DNA of 64,000 nucleotides, from positions 32,001 through 96,000 of IMG/VR virus record IMGVR_UViG_3300042484_001840, one strand, 5' to 3'. This DNA comes from a virus. Below, piece after piece: positions 46,695 to 56,434 of this stretch (its first letter is position 1; each line of letters starts with the position of its first letter). The notes under the pieces were generated by a model. It was not told the DNA's origin. It worked only from the letters and a program-made list of their open reading frames with translations, and ran no database searches. Position numbers and translations under genes: made by a program.

Positions 46695-48044
46695 TCAGTC
46701 GTCTAAGTTTCGTTCTTTCCAAACTGACGAGTTCTTGATTTCACCAACAGCGTTAGCCTTAAGTCTCTTGCCTTGCTTGACTTGTTTCAATGCCTTGATA
46801 GCACCTTCAACATCATTAACTTGGTGAATACTGTGCTTAATAACAAGGTTCGCACACTCATCAGTCAGGTTGGCAAAGTTATTGTCGCCCTTGCCATCGG
46901 TAACATAACCATCGCAAACCCAAATGAATGGTTCGCCTTGCTTACGCTTGGCTTGTGCGAAACGAATAGCAGGACCATCAACGCCGTTACCGCCGTTGCC
47001 AGTAGGAACTTTCTCAACAACCTTGCCTCGTTCTGCCATTACCCAAACATTCGGGATTTCCTCAGAACCAACTCGGTGAGAGTAACCAATGATTACGCAA
47101 CCGGGCGCTTCCTCAATAATCTCCCACAAGTTTTCTGTTTCCAAACGCATTGAACCTGATTGGTCAATAAGAACAACACCGCCTCGTCCCTTAGCACGAC
47201 GATCAAAAATGCGTCGCTCAGGGTCTGTCAACATTCGTCCAATGCGACGAGGGTTGCGACCAATGTTAGTAGCAACTCTTTTTCGTCCAAGGTTTCCGTC
47301 AACAGCACGAGGCTTTGGAAGTTCTAATTCAATGAGTCTAGCGAACGCACCAGCGCCTGATTTTGCAATGTTCTTGACATCAGGAATTTCCTCGTTACCA
47401 AACTCATCAGGAGTTCCATCGTTACCTTCAGGCTTTAGCAAACTTTCAAGAAGTCGTGCGATAGGAACGGTCAACTTGTTGAAACCTTGCGGTAGACCAT
47501 TCTCATCCGCCACCGTGGAAGCAACAGCAGGTGTTTTTTTCCATATCTTGGCGAGTGCTTTTTGCAATTCTCGTGCTTGCTTCTCAAACTCAGGATTCGT
47601 TGTCTTGAGTCCTCGTAAGAAGTTTGCACCAGCCTTAGTGCCAGCGACAGCAGGAAGGAAACGAACAACTCCGTTCCAATCTCCGTTCTCGCCAATGATT
47701 TTTCCTGTCTGCGATTCAGAACCGTCTGCTAGTGCGTCAATAGGGAAGCCCTGTTTTGCAACCAACATATTCACACGAAACTCCTCTGCCATCATAAGCA
47801 GGTCAGTTTCAATTCCTAGTGCCAGCATTGCTTCAGGATTCGTTGGCGAAACTTTTGCGTGCATAAGTTCGTGAGCACGAACGACACGAGAAGTGTCGTC
47901 AGCGCCGTACGGTACTCGCATTTTTGCCGCTCGCATTTCTGTCCAAGCGTCACCTCGCACGGGGTTGCCCTCTTGGACTTCCCACGCACGAGGCTCAATG
48001 TCACGCCTGTTGATAAATTCGGGCATTGCTTTCATAACCTGCAT
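46695..48044 (-). CDS. Metallopeptidase-like (HExxH) plus vWA domain protein
   Basis: RAHELMH...EE; MIDAS VLIDQSGSM...GGNG...WVCDG. Confidence 0.8.
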   Translation of the reverse strand: MQVMKAMPEFINRRDIEPRAWEVQEGNPVRGDAWTEMRAAKMRVPYGADDTSRVVRAHELMHAKVSPTNPEAMLALGIETDLLMMAEEFRVNMLVAKQGFPIDALADGSESQTGKIIGENGDWNGVVRFLPAVAGTKAGANFLRGLKTTNPEFEKQARELQKALAKIWKKTPAVASTVADENGLPQGFNKLTVPIARLLESLLKPEGNDGTPDEFGNEEIPDVKNIAKSGAGAFARLIELELPKPRAVDGNLGRKRVATNIGRNPRRIGRMLTDPERRIFDRRAKGRGGVVLIDQSGSMRLETENLWEIIEEAPGCVIIGYSHRVGSEEIPNVWVMAERGKVVEKVPTGNGGNGVDGPAIRFAQAKRKQGEPFIWVCDGYVTDGKGDNNFANLTDECANLVIKHSIHQVNDVEGAIKALKQVKQGKRLKANAVGEIKNSSVWKERNLDD

Positions 48045-48045
48045 A

Positions 48046-48765
48046 TCAAGAAACTCCGTTCACTAAGATTGCGTCTAATACGGACTGATAGTGTTTTCCG
48101 AAAGTTAGGCGTGCCGCCTTCTCCACAGAAACTGTTTTGCGTAGAGTGTCAAACGCCATAAATGCTCGGATAGAGAAACGCCTATCCTTGTCAGCGTCAG
48201 CCGAAGCGGCCGCCGCTCCTCGCAAATCAGGCGAGAGCATTGTCAGAGCGTCAGGGTGAGGCGTGTTGATTCGCACAGCAACGGGAAAGCGGTCTTTGAG
48301 AGCCTGAGGCAACTCACGCATATCCTCAATGTTCGTGGTCATAAACACCGAGAAGCCTTTTTTCGGCTTCAAGATTCGTCCTGTCTCAGGATGTTCCCAA
48401 GAGGCAGATTCCTCACTGTCAAACATCGCAAGTAGTTGCGACATAACATCGCCTGACGCACGGTCAATTTCGTCAGCGACAACTCGTCCGCCGTTGATAC
48501 CGTCGCCTTGCCACGCCTTGATAACAGTGCCATCTTGCCATTTCCAAGTGCCATCGCCTGATGGCTTGAAGTGACCAGTAACATCGGCACTCGTCATATC
48601 CTCGTTACAGATAAGACGGTGAGCACCTGCCGAAACATTGCCAAATGTAAGACCAGCGAATGTTTTGCCCGTTCCTGGCGGTCCGAACAGAATTAGTTTG
48701 TTGATTCCTGAGTCAAGAATGTCGTTGACATCTTGCCAGCATTCGGGGAGATTAGTAGTAGTCAT
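48046..48765 (-). CDS. MoxR/CbbQ-type AAA+ ATPase
   Basis: GPPGTGKT, VVADEIDRA, MTTN, LPQALKDRF, FSIR; paired with the vWA gene. Confidence 0.88.
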   Translation of the reverse strand: MTTTNLPECWQDVNDILDSGINKLILFGPPGTGKTFAGLTFGNVSAGAHRLICNEDMTSADVTGHFKPSGDGTWKWQDGTVIKAWQGDGINGGRVVADEIDRASGDVMSQLLAMFDSEESASWEHPETGRILKPKKGFSVFMTTNIEDMRELPQALKDRFPVAVRINTPHPDALTMLSPDLRGAAAASADADKDRRFSIRAFMAFDTLRKTVSVEKAARLTFGKHYQSVLDAILVNGVS

Positions 48766-48874
48766 AGTTTGTCCTTTGCTAGTAGCGGGTTTTCCCGTGT
48801 TTGATAAGTATACACCCTGTGTGTAGAAATTGCAACTTTATTTCAGAAATTATTTGACATTTTTTTTAGAATGT

Positions 48875-48903
48875 AGTGGCAGGGAGATTTCCCCCCTGCC
48901 ACT
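48875..48903 (-). terminator. Hairpin terminator
   Basis: AGTGGCAGGG...CCCTGCCACT immediately after the 48910 stop. Confidence 0.6.
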
Positions 48904-48909
48904 CACTCA

Positions 48910-49308
48910 TCAGGCGACCTGAGAGATATTGACTACATTCTCAGTGTCGTTGGCGATTTCCGTGACTCGTACTTGGTCGTACTTAGTGACGGTAGTAATC
49001 GCCTCAGCAATATCGCTGGGGATAACGCCCAACTCAACGGCGGACTTGAATTTCTTACCGTCCACTTCAAGTTTGGTAACTTGCTTGAGAACGATAGGCG
49101 AGACAAGTTCGGTCAATGCCTTCAGGTTGTACTTGGGTCGCTCACCATTGACGATGAGAACCTTTTGTCCGTCCACGACATTGAAGTTGAGTCCCTTTTC
49201 AGCGTAGGCAAGTTTCAAGTCTGCCTCTGCTTGGGCTTTAGCCTTTTCAGCATTTTCCAATGCTTGCTTGGCATTCAAGTAGTTGAGAGTGATTTGTGTG
49301 AGATTCAT
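48910..49308 (-). CDS. Hypothetical protein with N-terminal coiled coil
   Basis: Own cassette; YLNAKQALENAEKAKAQAEADLK. Confidence 0.7.
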   Translation of the reverse strand: MNLTQITLNYLNAKQALENAEKAKAQAEADLKLAYAEKGLNFNVVDGQKVLIVNGERPKYNLKALTELVSPIVLKQVTKLEVDGKKFKSAVELGVIPSDIAEAITTVTKYDQVRVTEIANDTENVVNISQVA

Positions 49309-49387
49309 AATTTGTCCCTTTCAGTAGTGGTGTGTATTCATTATACAGGTTGTGCGTAACAATTGCAACCTTATTTCTAAATTATTT

Positions 49388-49615
49388 TCAGAATTCGTAT
49401 TCGTCGCCTGTTGATACCCAACAGATTTCGCCATCTTGAAAACCTTGGCGGTAAAGTTTGCCAAGAACAACAAGTAAGCCGTTAGAGATACTCCCCAACT
49501 TGCTTGTGATGTATTCCTCGGCGGTAGCGTCGGTACTAAACAACTCGTAATTAGTGGCAATGTAATCGCCGTGCATTTCTCCATAAAGAACCGCTTGAAA
49601 GAAATTCGTACTCAT
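49388..49615 (-). CDS. Hypothetical protein
   Basis: Own cassette. Confidence 0.65.
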   Translation of the reverse strand: MSTNFFQAVLYGEMHGDYIATNYELFSTDATAEEYITSKLGSISNGLLVVLGKLYRQGFQDGEICWVSTGDEYEF

Positions 49616-49698
49616 ATTGTGTCCCTTCGTTAGTAATTGCTTGCGGAAATAAGTATATCAGGTGGGTGTATGAATTACAACATTATTACTTAGATTTA

Positions 49699-49764
49699 TC
49701 AGATATTTTTCAGAACCATAGATAATGTTCCGAGTAGGTATAGACCAACGAATAAGAGTCCCAT
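49699..49764 (-). CDS. 21-aa hydrophobic microprotein (not in ORF track)
   Basis: MGLLFVGLYLLGTLSMVLKNI directly after a full promoter/leader cassette (49765-49822). Confidence 0.55.
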   Translation of the reverse strand: MGLLFVGLYLLGTLSMVLKNI

Positions 49765-49947
49765 AGTAATCCTTCTGTAGTAGGTGAAATATAAGTATAC
49801 AGGTTGGGTGTAAGAATTACAACCTTATTTATGTTACAGAATGATTACAATAATTGTAACAGAAATGTTATATTAAAATGTTGTATTTGTTACACAGAAG
49901 TGCTATACTTATATTCGTAAGTTACTACTACCGAAAAGGACAAAACT

Positions 49948-50145
49948 ATGGAAGCGAAATGTTGCGCCGATAAGCCGATGCTAGAAGTTTATGGTTACGA
50001 GGGTTGTGCGGATTGTTACGATAAATGGTGCGAGGGCGAACTTATCGCCTATGAAGATTTACGCCGTGCAGAGTTCGCAAACTCTTGGGTGATTGGTGGC
50101 GGTTACGCCTCAGACGCTGATCTCGCTTACGAACAGTTTGCGTGA
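49948..50145 (+). CDS. Hypothetical Cys-rich protein
   Basis: Own cassette, divergent from 49764. Confidence 0.65.
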   Translation: MEAKCCADKPMLEVYGYEGCADCYDKWCEGELIAYEDLRRAEFANSWVIGGGYASDADLAYEQFA

Positions 50146-50298
50146 TGGCGAGTCCCACTGCTGAAAGGCGGTGGGACAACCACTTAGTCCCGCTTGGGCA
50201 GTCTCATCCGCCACCGTCATTCATTGGGAGCGCGCGTGCGGGGCTATCTCGGTATACCCCACCCCTAAAGCCCCGTATCCCCCAAAAATTTCTGGGGG

Positions 50299-50330
50299 TT
50301 ATCCACAGGCTGGGGATAACCTGTGGATAA
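50299..50330. promoter_or_regulatory. Three DnaA boxes (one with a mismatch)
   Basis: TTATCCACA 50299, TGGGGATAA 50311, TGTGGATAA 50322. Confidence 0.7.
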
Positions 50331-50340
50331 CTTTGACCCG

Positions 50341-50517
50341 TCAGCAAGCCCCCTCACAATACTCGCAAGTGGTCTCGTCAACTTCGTGACAGCCATTCCA
50401 GCCTTCGTCAACTTTGTTGTTGTCGGCGCAATACTGTATGCGACACCAGTCAGAACAGAAAACAATTCTGTCAACGATGTCGCCACTCTTATCTTCAATC
50501 AAAAGTAGGTGAGCCAT
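50341..50517 (-). CDS. 58-aa Cys-rich protein (not in ORF track)
   Basis: MAHLLLIEDKSGDIVDRIVFCSDWC...GWNGCHE...CEYCEGAC after a cassette. Confidence 0.7.
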   Translation of the reverse strand: MAHLLLIEDKSGDIVDRIVFCSDWCRIQYCADNNKVDEGWNGCHEVDETTCEYCEGAC

Positions 50518-50647
50518 TATTTTGTCCCTTCGGTAGTAGTGCCTTACCTTATCTATTATAGCAGGCGGGTGTAGAAATTACAACTCGATTTGTTAAATTT
50601 ATTTAGAACTTTGGGGGCGGACTTTCGCCCGCCCCCAACGCTCATGA

Positions 50648-50935
50648 TCAGGCTTCGCACTCGCAGTCGTAGTGGAGTTCTTCGCACCAACCGCAGTGGT
50701 CACGATCCCACTCTTCGTCTTCGTCTTCTTCGTCCTGAATGTCAAAAGACACCCAAGCCATGACGGTACGAAGCAAGTGGTCGTAATCGCCAGCAGTGGC
50801 GTTCTGAGTGAACTCAGCGATTACTTCCCGTGATACGCCGTGATTACGGAGCGCACCACAAACTCTTGCGATAATGCTGAACGCATTACCGTCCTGCCCG
50901 ACGAGCAGAACCGAAACTTCAGGATACTTAACCAT
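50648..50935 (-). CDS. Conserved phage protein
   Basis: LVGQDGNAFSIIARV...ATAGDYDHLL; own cassette; hairpin 50611-50638 follows. Confidence 0.75.
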   Translation of the reverse strand: MVKYPEVSVLLVGQDGNAFSIIARVCGALRNHGVSREVIAEFTQNATAGDYDHLLRTVMAWVSFDIQDEEDEDEEWDRDHCGWCEELHYDCECEA

Positions 50936-51108
50936 AATTTGTCCCTTCGTTAGTAGTTTTTCCTTACCTGATAAGTATAGCAGATAGGTGTAACAACTAC
51001 ACCATTGTAGAGCGTGTCATTTGTCACATAAGATTTATTCGTAAAAGTGTGTAAATGCTACACCCACCTGCTATAATATATATATCACCTACTACGAAAG
51101 GAAAAAAT

Positions 51109-51441
51109 ATGATTTGGAAAGCAAAAGCCTCCGACATTATTGACCACCTTGTTTACTCAGGGGCAGACACCTATGAGTGGTATCACGAACTCACCGAAAC
51201 CAAAGACGGACAAATTGTCTGTACGATGGAAACGGGCGAGTACGACGATGAGTCTGAACCGTTGACAGCGAGTGTTGCGTTCTCCCCCACTCACGCCTTG
51301 ACAGTCGCCAATGCGATTATCAAGGGACAGGGAGCGGGTTGGCGCACCGTTCAGTCAGCAGTCGCTAATGACGACTTTGACTCCGATGCCGCGGACATCG
51401 TTCTCCAGCACATCGTGCTGAGCGACTTGGTGTTCGGCTGA
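51109..51441 (+). CDS. Acidic hypothetical protein
   Basis: Start 51109 after a cassette; ends DAADIVLQHIVLSDLVFG. Confidence 0.7.
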   Translation: MIWKAKASDIIDHLVYSGADTYEWYHELTETKDGQIVCTMETGEYDDESEPLTASVAFSPTHALTVANAIIKGQGAGWRTVQSAVANDDFDSDAADIVLQHIVLSDLVFG

Positions 51442-51479
51442 GACTTCAGGGCGGGGGAGGGAAACCTCCCCCAAGACCC

Positions 51480-51523
51480 TGTGGATAACCTTTTCCACAG
51501 CCTGTGGATAACCCTGTGGATAA
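51480..51523. promoter_or_regulatory. Four DnaA boxes
   Basis: TGTGGATAA 51480, TTTTCCACA 51491, TGTGGATAA 51503, TGTGGATAA 51515. Confidence 0.78.
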
Positions 51524-51638
51524 CTTTCCCGATAGCCCCGTATACAAAGTGCGGGTGCGGGACTGTCACGATAAATAGTCGTGGAAATTCTTGAATTGAA
51601 AAAACGGGAAGCGGGGCTAACAAACTAAATAGCAGGGG

Positions 51639-51806
51639 TCAAGCCCCTGCCACACTAGTCACTCGGTCCACGAGAACCCGCAAATCCAACAGAATGTCTG
51701 TCATTTTGCCCGCCTCGGCAATACTGACTCCCCGCAAATCACGGAGAGTCTCGTCAATGAGGTTATATATTTCCTCGGTTGGCGTGAGTAAATTTAACTG
51801 ACTCAT
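51639..51806 (-). CDS. 55-aa hypothetical protein (not in ORF track)
   Basis: MSQLNLLTPTEEIYNLIDETLRDLRG...; overlaps the stop of the upstream gene by 4 nt with a GGGG RBS. Confidence 0.55.
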   Translation of the reverse strand: MSQLNLLTPTEEIYNLIDETLRDLRGVSIAEAGKMTDILLDLRVLVDRVTSVAGA

Positions 51807-52195
51807 ACTGTCGCCCCTTCCTTGATCTTGGCTAGTTGTTCGGCACGAATTGCGTTTACTTCCTCGGCTGAGAATACCTTACCGAACACGCTCAACATGG
51901 TACGAATGTCGTCGTCCACGCCCGTAGTGTTACCTTCCTCGTCGTACCCTGCGATAACAGCAGGTCCGACAAGTCGGTAACCTTCGCCAGCCAAAGTAGA
52001 AGCGAACTCGTTTAAGGCGAAGTCAGAACGGAATAAACCTTCCTCGTTCAACCACAAGTCAAGACCGTTCACCAATTGAACGCTCTCAATGAGTCCCTGA
52101 ACGAGACTCTGGAGAAACTCCAAAGACTTTTGACCTTCGGGCTTCTGAACAATGTACGGCGAACCGTCTAAATCGTTGATGTAAATGACTTGCAT
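51803..52195 (-). CDS. DUF3846-like protein
   Basis: LEFLQSLVQGLIESV...LWLNEEG...N..AS...LVGPAVIAG.D.EG. Confidence 0.75.
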   Translation of the reverse strand: MQVIYINDLDGSPYIVQKPEGQKSLEFLQSLVQGLIESVQLVNGLDLWLNEEGLFRSDFALNEFASTLAGEGYRLVGPAVIAGYDEEGNTTGVDDDIRTMLSVFGKVFSAEEVNAIRAEQLAKIKEGATV

Positions 52196-52287
52196 AATTA
52201 GTCCCTTTCGTAGTAGTGTTTATATATTATAGCCTTGTGGGGCAGGAAAGTCAAATCCTGCCCCACAATTATTTCATTTCTTTAGGC

Positions 52288-52476
52288 TCAGACCGTGACC
52301 TTGCGTGCCTTGCGTCGCGCGCGGACATTGCGGATCTCTGCGCGAAGTGATGCGGTGAGTCCAGCCTTGATCCAAATGGCGGTTATCAAAGAAGCGTTGA
52401 TCATAACCAGCAAGCCTCTGATGACTTCCAAAGTGTAATCCGAGAGAGTGAAGTTGATAGTGTATTGAGCAATCAT
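52288..52476 (-). CDS. Small membrane protein
   Basis: Own cassette; TM plus basic tail. Confidence 0.6.
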   Translation of the reverse strand: MIAQYTINFTLSDYTLEVIRGLLVMINASLITAIWIKAGLTASLRAEIRNVRARRKARKVTV

Positions 52477-52630
52477 TTTGTGCCTTTCGTAGTAGGTATG
52501 AGATAAGTATAGCGACTTTGTGTAACTTTTACAACCTTCTAGTAAGTGTCATTTGTCACACTACTCAATGTTGTAATTTCTACACAGACTCGCTATAATA
52601 TACTTGTACACAACTACTAAAGGAGAAAAT

Positions 52631-52864
52631 ATGCTCAGCACCAAAATTGGAAATAGTGACTGGTACTTCGTTCTCAACAACGGAGCGACTCGCAAGTTCT
52701 CAGTTCAGTTTCTCGGCAGACGACGAGGAGACGACAAGCGAGACATCGTGACATTCCGTGAAGGTGCGCCACACTACGAGGCGTACACGACCGAGACGGG
52801 CAAAGCAATTCCGAAGTTTGTCGCAAAAGCAATTTGGGAAGCAATGGAAAAGTCCCCCGCCTGA
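52631..52864 (+). CDS. Hypothetical protein
   Basis: Start 52631 after a cassette. Confidence 0.65.
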   Translation: MLSTKIGNSDWYFVLNNGATRKFSVQFLGRRRGDDKRDIVTFREGAPHYEAYTTETGKAIPKFVAKAIWEAMEKSPA

Positions 52865-53045
52865 CAAGCGGGGGAAACCCTTTAGCCCCGTTGGATATAT
52901 GCGTGCGTGGAAAGTTTTGACGCTTCTCTTCCGCCACCGTCAATAGTAGGGAACACAGGGGCGGGGCTGTCACCCCTAAATAGGGGTGTTCAGGGGGCGT
53001 ACCTCACGATACGCCCCCTTCGGGTGGCCAAACTCGCCACTCGCC

Positions 53046-53492
53046 TCACTCCTCGTTGAACAAGTCGTTCAGCATTTGCGTTTCTAAGTTCCGCATACTA
53101 GAACTTTCCACGATGTCACTAACCATCTTGCCTAGGTCAAAGCCCGCTTCTGCGAGTTCTGCTAGAAGTTCCTCAGACGGTTCTTCCTCAACTTCGGCGT
53201 AGTGTTGTTGCTTCTCGTCGTCGCTCATCGCTTGGATACTGCGGTCATAGCCAACCCAATTCCCAATGTTTGAGTACTCGTCTAGTTGCTCGTGAGTAAG
53301 ATTGAACTCACGCATAACACGCTCGGTCATGACCGATGAAGGTATGCCTTCACCTAACTCCACGCTTCGCTTAGCGTTCTCTATGAGAAGGCTCGTACGG
53401 TAGTTACAAAGCCGTACGAAGTGGTCAGGGTAGTAGAACGATACTCCATTGGGGAATTCGCTATCAGGGAAAAAATCGGACTTGGTAATCAT
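53046..53492 (-). CDS. Acidic hypothetical protein
   Basis: GAAAGGA RBS before 53492. Confidence 0.65.
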   Translation of the reverse strand: MITKSDFFPDSEFPNGVSFYYPDHFVRLCNYRTSLLIENAKRSVELGEGIPSSVMTERVMREFNLTHEQLDEYSNIGNWVGYDRSIQAMSDDEKQQHYAEVEEEPSEELLAELAEAGFDLGKMVSDIVESSSMRNLETQMLNDLFNEE

Positions 53493-53508
53493 TAGTAATC
53501 CTTTCGGG

Positions 53509-53736
53509 TCAGAGGTCTGGTAAGTAATCAAATTCTACGGTTGTCTCCCAAGAGATATCTTTCATTTCCCAACCGTAGTGGTAGCGAAGGTTCTTGGTTG
53601 CCATGTCAATGGCGACTTCTGTTAGTTGGTCATTATCCAAGTTGGTGAATGACGGCTCCTCTAAATCTATCTCAACAAAGTGAGTCAGAGAAAAGAAATC
53701 TCCAACAAAGGTGACATTACAACTTGCGTGCTTCAT
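53509..53736 (-). CDS. Hypothetical protein
   Basis: ACTAC..CGAAAGGA leader. Confidence 0.6.
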   Translation of the reverse strand: MKHASCNVTFVGDFFSLTHFVEIDLEEPSFTNLDNDQLTEVAIDMATKNLRYHYGWEMKDISWETTVEFDYLPDL

Positions 53737-53779
53737 AGTAATCCTTTCGGTTGTAGTTGGTATGGGGTGAAGTTGGGGG

Positions 53780-54295
53780 TCAGACCCCCAACTCCTCGGC
53801 TAGTTGCTTCTGAGTCTTACCTAGGTGCTTCTTAGCGCACACAGGGCCGACTCCGACACGATGACCGTAGCCATCCTTGTCGTCTAGTTCGGCACTACAG
53901 AACAAACAAACGCCCGTACGCACGCCGTACTCCATAGCGACGAGTGCGGTGACCTTTTCGGTTGGCGAGAGCAGGGAGATCGCTCCACGCTCGTAAATCC
54001 AACCGCTTTCGCCACGACGCATTGCGTAGAGATTGCCACCTTCGGATTGCTTCACCTTGTAGATCAAGTGACCGACGAGGTAGAAACCGACTTCGGTAAC
54101 CTTCTCGGCAGGCTTGACTTCCGTAGCAGGCTTAGCCATAACCTTGGCGAACATTGAACGGATAGCCTTTTCTTGCGCTTCGCTCAATGCGCCCTTGTTC
54201 TCAAAAGTCTTAGCGATTGAGATTGCGAACGCACTCCACTGTTGGGCTTTCGCCCATTCAATGACGGAAGTAATCGGGGTCAATGTGGTAGTCAT
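53780..54295 (-). CDS. DUF6011-like Zn-finger protein
   Basis: GVCLFCSAELDD...GVGPVCAKK; own cassette. Confidence 0.75.
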   Translation of the reverse strand: MTTTLTPITSVIEWAKAQQWSAFAISIAKTFENKGALSEAQEKAIRSMFAKVMAKPATEVKPAEKVTEVGFYLVGHLIYKVKQSEGGNLYAMRRGESGWIYERGAISLLSPTEKVTALVAMEYGVRTGVCLFCSAELDDKDGYGHRVGVGPVCAKKHLGKTQKQLAEELGV

Positions 54296-54370
54296 AATTT
54301 CTCCTTAGTAGTAGTGGTGATAAATACAAGTATACAGCAGGGGTGTATGAATTACAACCCCTGCCTCGGC

Positions 54371-54493
54371 TCACCAAGTTGGTGGCCGACCGATGAAGTT
54401 GCCATCGGAGTCGTAGCAACCATTGTCGGGGTCAAGGTAGCCCTGAGCGTCGTAGCGGTCAGGATCGTTGTAGTCGTCATGATCGTTATTCAT
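54371..54493 (-). CDS. 40-aa Asp-rich microprotein (not in ORF track)
   Basis: MNNDHDDYNDPDRYDAQGYLDPDNGCYDSDGNFIGRPPTW after a full cassette. Confidence 0.65.
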   Translation of the reverse strand: MNNDHDDYNDPDRYDAQGYLDPDNGCYDSDGNFIGRPPTW

Positions 54494-54575
54494 AATTTCC
54501 CCTTTGTAGTAGTTGGTATTTAATAAGTATACAGGCTTCGTGTAAGAATTACAACCTTATTCGCAAGATTATTGG

Positions 54576-54591
54576 TGTGACATTGGTCACA
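54576..54591. promoter_or_regulatory. CRP/GlxR-type site
   Basis: Perfect TGTGA-CATTGG-TCACA; related sites at 51013, 52545, 55269, 56857, 59460, 60612. Confidence 0.55.
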
Positions 54592-54816
54592 GGCCAGTCG
54601 TCTGGGGGCTTGGGGGTCGTCGGCCGGGTTTGGGGAGTTTGGCCACCCTGCTTCGGAGGCATTTAGTCCCGCTTGGTTATGGCGAGTTTCCCGTGTTTGT
54701 CGCAAGCCCCGCAGGTGAAAACGGCAAAGCGGAGATGCGGGGCTAGTGGTGGTTTTCGGATTAGCAATTATATGTAAGGGGTGGGGCAGGGTTTCCCCCG
54801 CCCCACCATGCCCCTG

Positions 54817-55185
54817 TCACCACACAGGAGTAAATCGTCGCTCGTCGGCGTTGTAAGCGTGTTCGTAGTGAGTGCCTTTATTCTCAAGGTTACGAACTTC
54901 AATTTCTTGAACGAGACGCTTGGCAATTGCGCTGAAGTTCAAGCCATCAGTGCCTGCCACCATTCGCTTGCGTCGGTGGGCGATAACCGAAGCGGTAACC
55001 AATTCCGAACGCTTGAGTGCGTTCTCGTCGGCGTACACCTTCGTTACTGCGTCGGCTACTTGTTGGTAATCCCAACAGGCGTTGTACATTCCGCCGAGCA
55101 GTGTAATTAAATCAAATCGTGACGGAAGTGAATAGTAATCGCCCTGTAATTTGGTGGGCTTATTCTTATGCCATTTGGTAAGCAT
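54817..55185 (-). CDS. Hypothetical protein
   Basis: Own cassette. Confidence 0.65.
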   Translation of the reverse strand: MLTKWHKNKPTKLQGDYYSLPSRFDLITLLGGMYNACWDYQQVADAVTKVYADENALKRSELVTASVIAHRRKRMVAGTDGLNFSAIAKRLVQEIEVRNLENKGTHYEHAYNADERRFTPVW

Positions 55186-55358
55186 ATTTTTTCCTTTCGT
55201 AGTAGTGGTTATGAATATAAGTATACACCTTCTGTGTAGGAATTACAACTTCTAGCGTCAAATAATTGTGTGACAAATGACACTAGGCAGAACTGTGTAA
55301 ATGCTACACCCACCTGCTATACTTGTATATGTAAGGAAAACCTACCGAAAGGAATACT

Positions 55359-55541
55359 ATGAATAACGCAGAATTGTTCGTGTGGAATGAAATTGAAGAG
55401 GGCTTCATTCGTGAGTATGGAATTGAAGACGGTATACGAGTGTGCGATTACGCACAGCGTGTATATTACAGGAGTGGCAAGATGACCCTAGCCGTCAAGG
55501 CGGCAACGGAATGGGCTAGCAGAATGAGAATGGGAGTCTGA
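55359..55541 (+). CDS. Small protein, paralog of 57375-57554
   Basis: FVWNEIEEGFIREYGIEDGIR...AV..A.EW. Confidence 0.7.
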   Translation: MNNAELFVWNEIEEGFIREYGIEDGIRVCDYAQRVYYRSGKMTLAVKAATEWASRMRMGV

Positions 55542-55542
55542 T

Positions 55543-55743
55543 ATGGCAAGTGTTTCAGTAAGCGGTGTCGCCCTACTAGGTAAGACAACGGCAGTAGGTT
55601 CTCATATAGATTTACGAGAACGCCTAGCCTACCTAGAGGGCGTTCTCAGCGGGCTAGAGAACGCTGGAGTAGTTCTGCCTACGGGAGACTACGAGACGCT
55701 CTACAGGACGCTCAAAGATACCAAAGAATTTCTTTACGAATAA
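55543..55743 (+). CDS. Hypothetical protein
   Basis: GGAG RBS, coupled. Confidence 0.55.
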   Translation: MASVSVSGVALLGKTTAVGSHIDLRERLAYLEGVLSGLENAGVVLPTGDYETLYRTLKDTKEFLYE

Positions 55744-55808
55744 CTTGACATTCCTACACCTAGGGTGTATAATATACCTATAACGAAAACTAACCGAAAG
55801 GACTACTA

Positions 55809-55979
55809 ATGGCTACCGTTCCCAACTACGAAATTGAACGACTAAATGAGTTTGTCGCAGAAATTGAAATTGCGATTAAGGAACACGGTTACGCATATGC
55901 GTACGGTGCGACAATGTTCAACTTGAAGTCTTTGCTCAACCAAATTACCCGTGAGCCAGCACCTTGGGAGAACCTATGA
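55809..55979 (+). CDS. 56-aa hypothetical protein (not in ORF track)
   Basis: MATVPNYEIERLNEF... after a consensus TTGACA-17-TATAAT cassette. Confidence 0.7.
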   Translation: MATVPNYEIERLNEFVAEIEIAIKEHGYAYAYGATMFNLKSLLNQITREPAPWENL

Positions 55980-56098
55980 AATACAAATGGAATGAACTAG
56001 AAAAGTTCGCCTTCGCCACGCAGAAGTTGCGGGCGAACCGAATTCCTGACAAGAAAAAAGAGTCAAACCGAAAAGCGTGTAGGAAGCGAGACTACTGA
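55976..56098 (+). CDS. 40-aa basic protein (not in ORF track)
   Basis: MKYKWNELEKFAFATQKLRANRIPDKKKESNRKACRKRDY; ATGA overlap and GGAG RBS. Confidence 0.55.
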   Translation: MKYKWNELEKFAFATQKLRANRIPDKKKESNRKACRKRDY

Positions 56099-56364
56099 GT
56101 CTCGCCAACTACTCCGCTAGCCCCGCCCTCATCTTGAGCGTGCGGGGCTTTTGCTTTCCATAAACCAATTGGACATTCTGCATTGGACAGGGTTGTCTTC
56201 AATGGCATGAAGCACCCGCAAATTCCGCAAGTGCTTAGACGCTTACTGAAGTGGTCACAGCCCCGACAGATGTCTAAGCGTTCTTTTCGTTCCAAGCGGG
56301 TCAAGCGGGGGATTGACGGGCGTAGTAAATCCGTGAATTGCGCAGGAGATTGTTCTTCGTTCAT
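56092..56364 (-). CDS. DUF6171-like Cys-rich protein
   Basis: RLDICRGC...TCGICGCFMPLKT...CPIGLW. Confidence 0.7.
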   Translation of the reverse strand: MNEEQSPAQFTDLLRPSIPRLTRLERKERLDICRGCDHFSKRLSTCGICGCFMPLKTTLSNAECPIGLWKAKAPHAQDEGGASGVVGETQ

Positions 56365-56434
56365 ACGCTAATTGTATCCACGGAAGTATACCTAAGGGGT
56401 ATGACATAGTTGCCCATGCCATACCCCTTGATTA

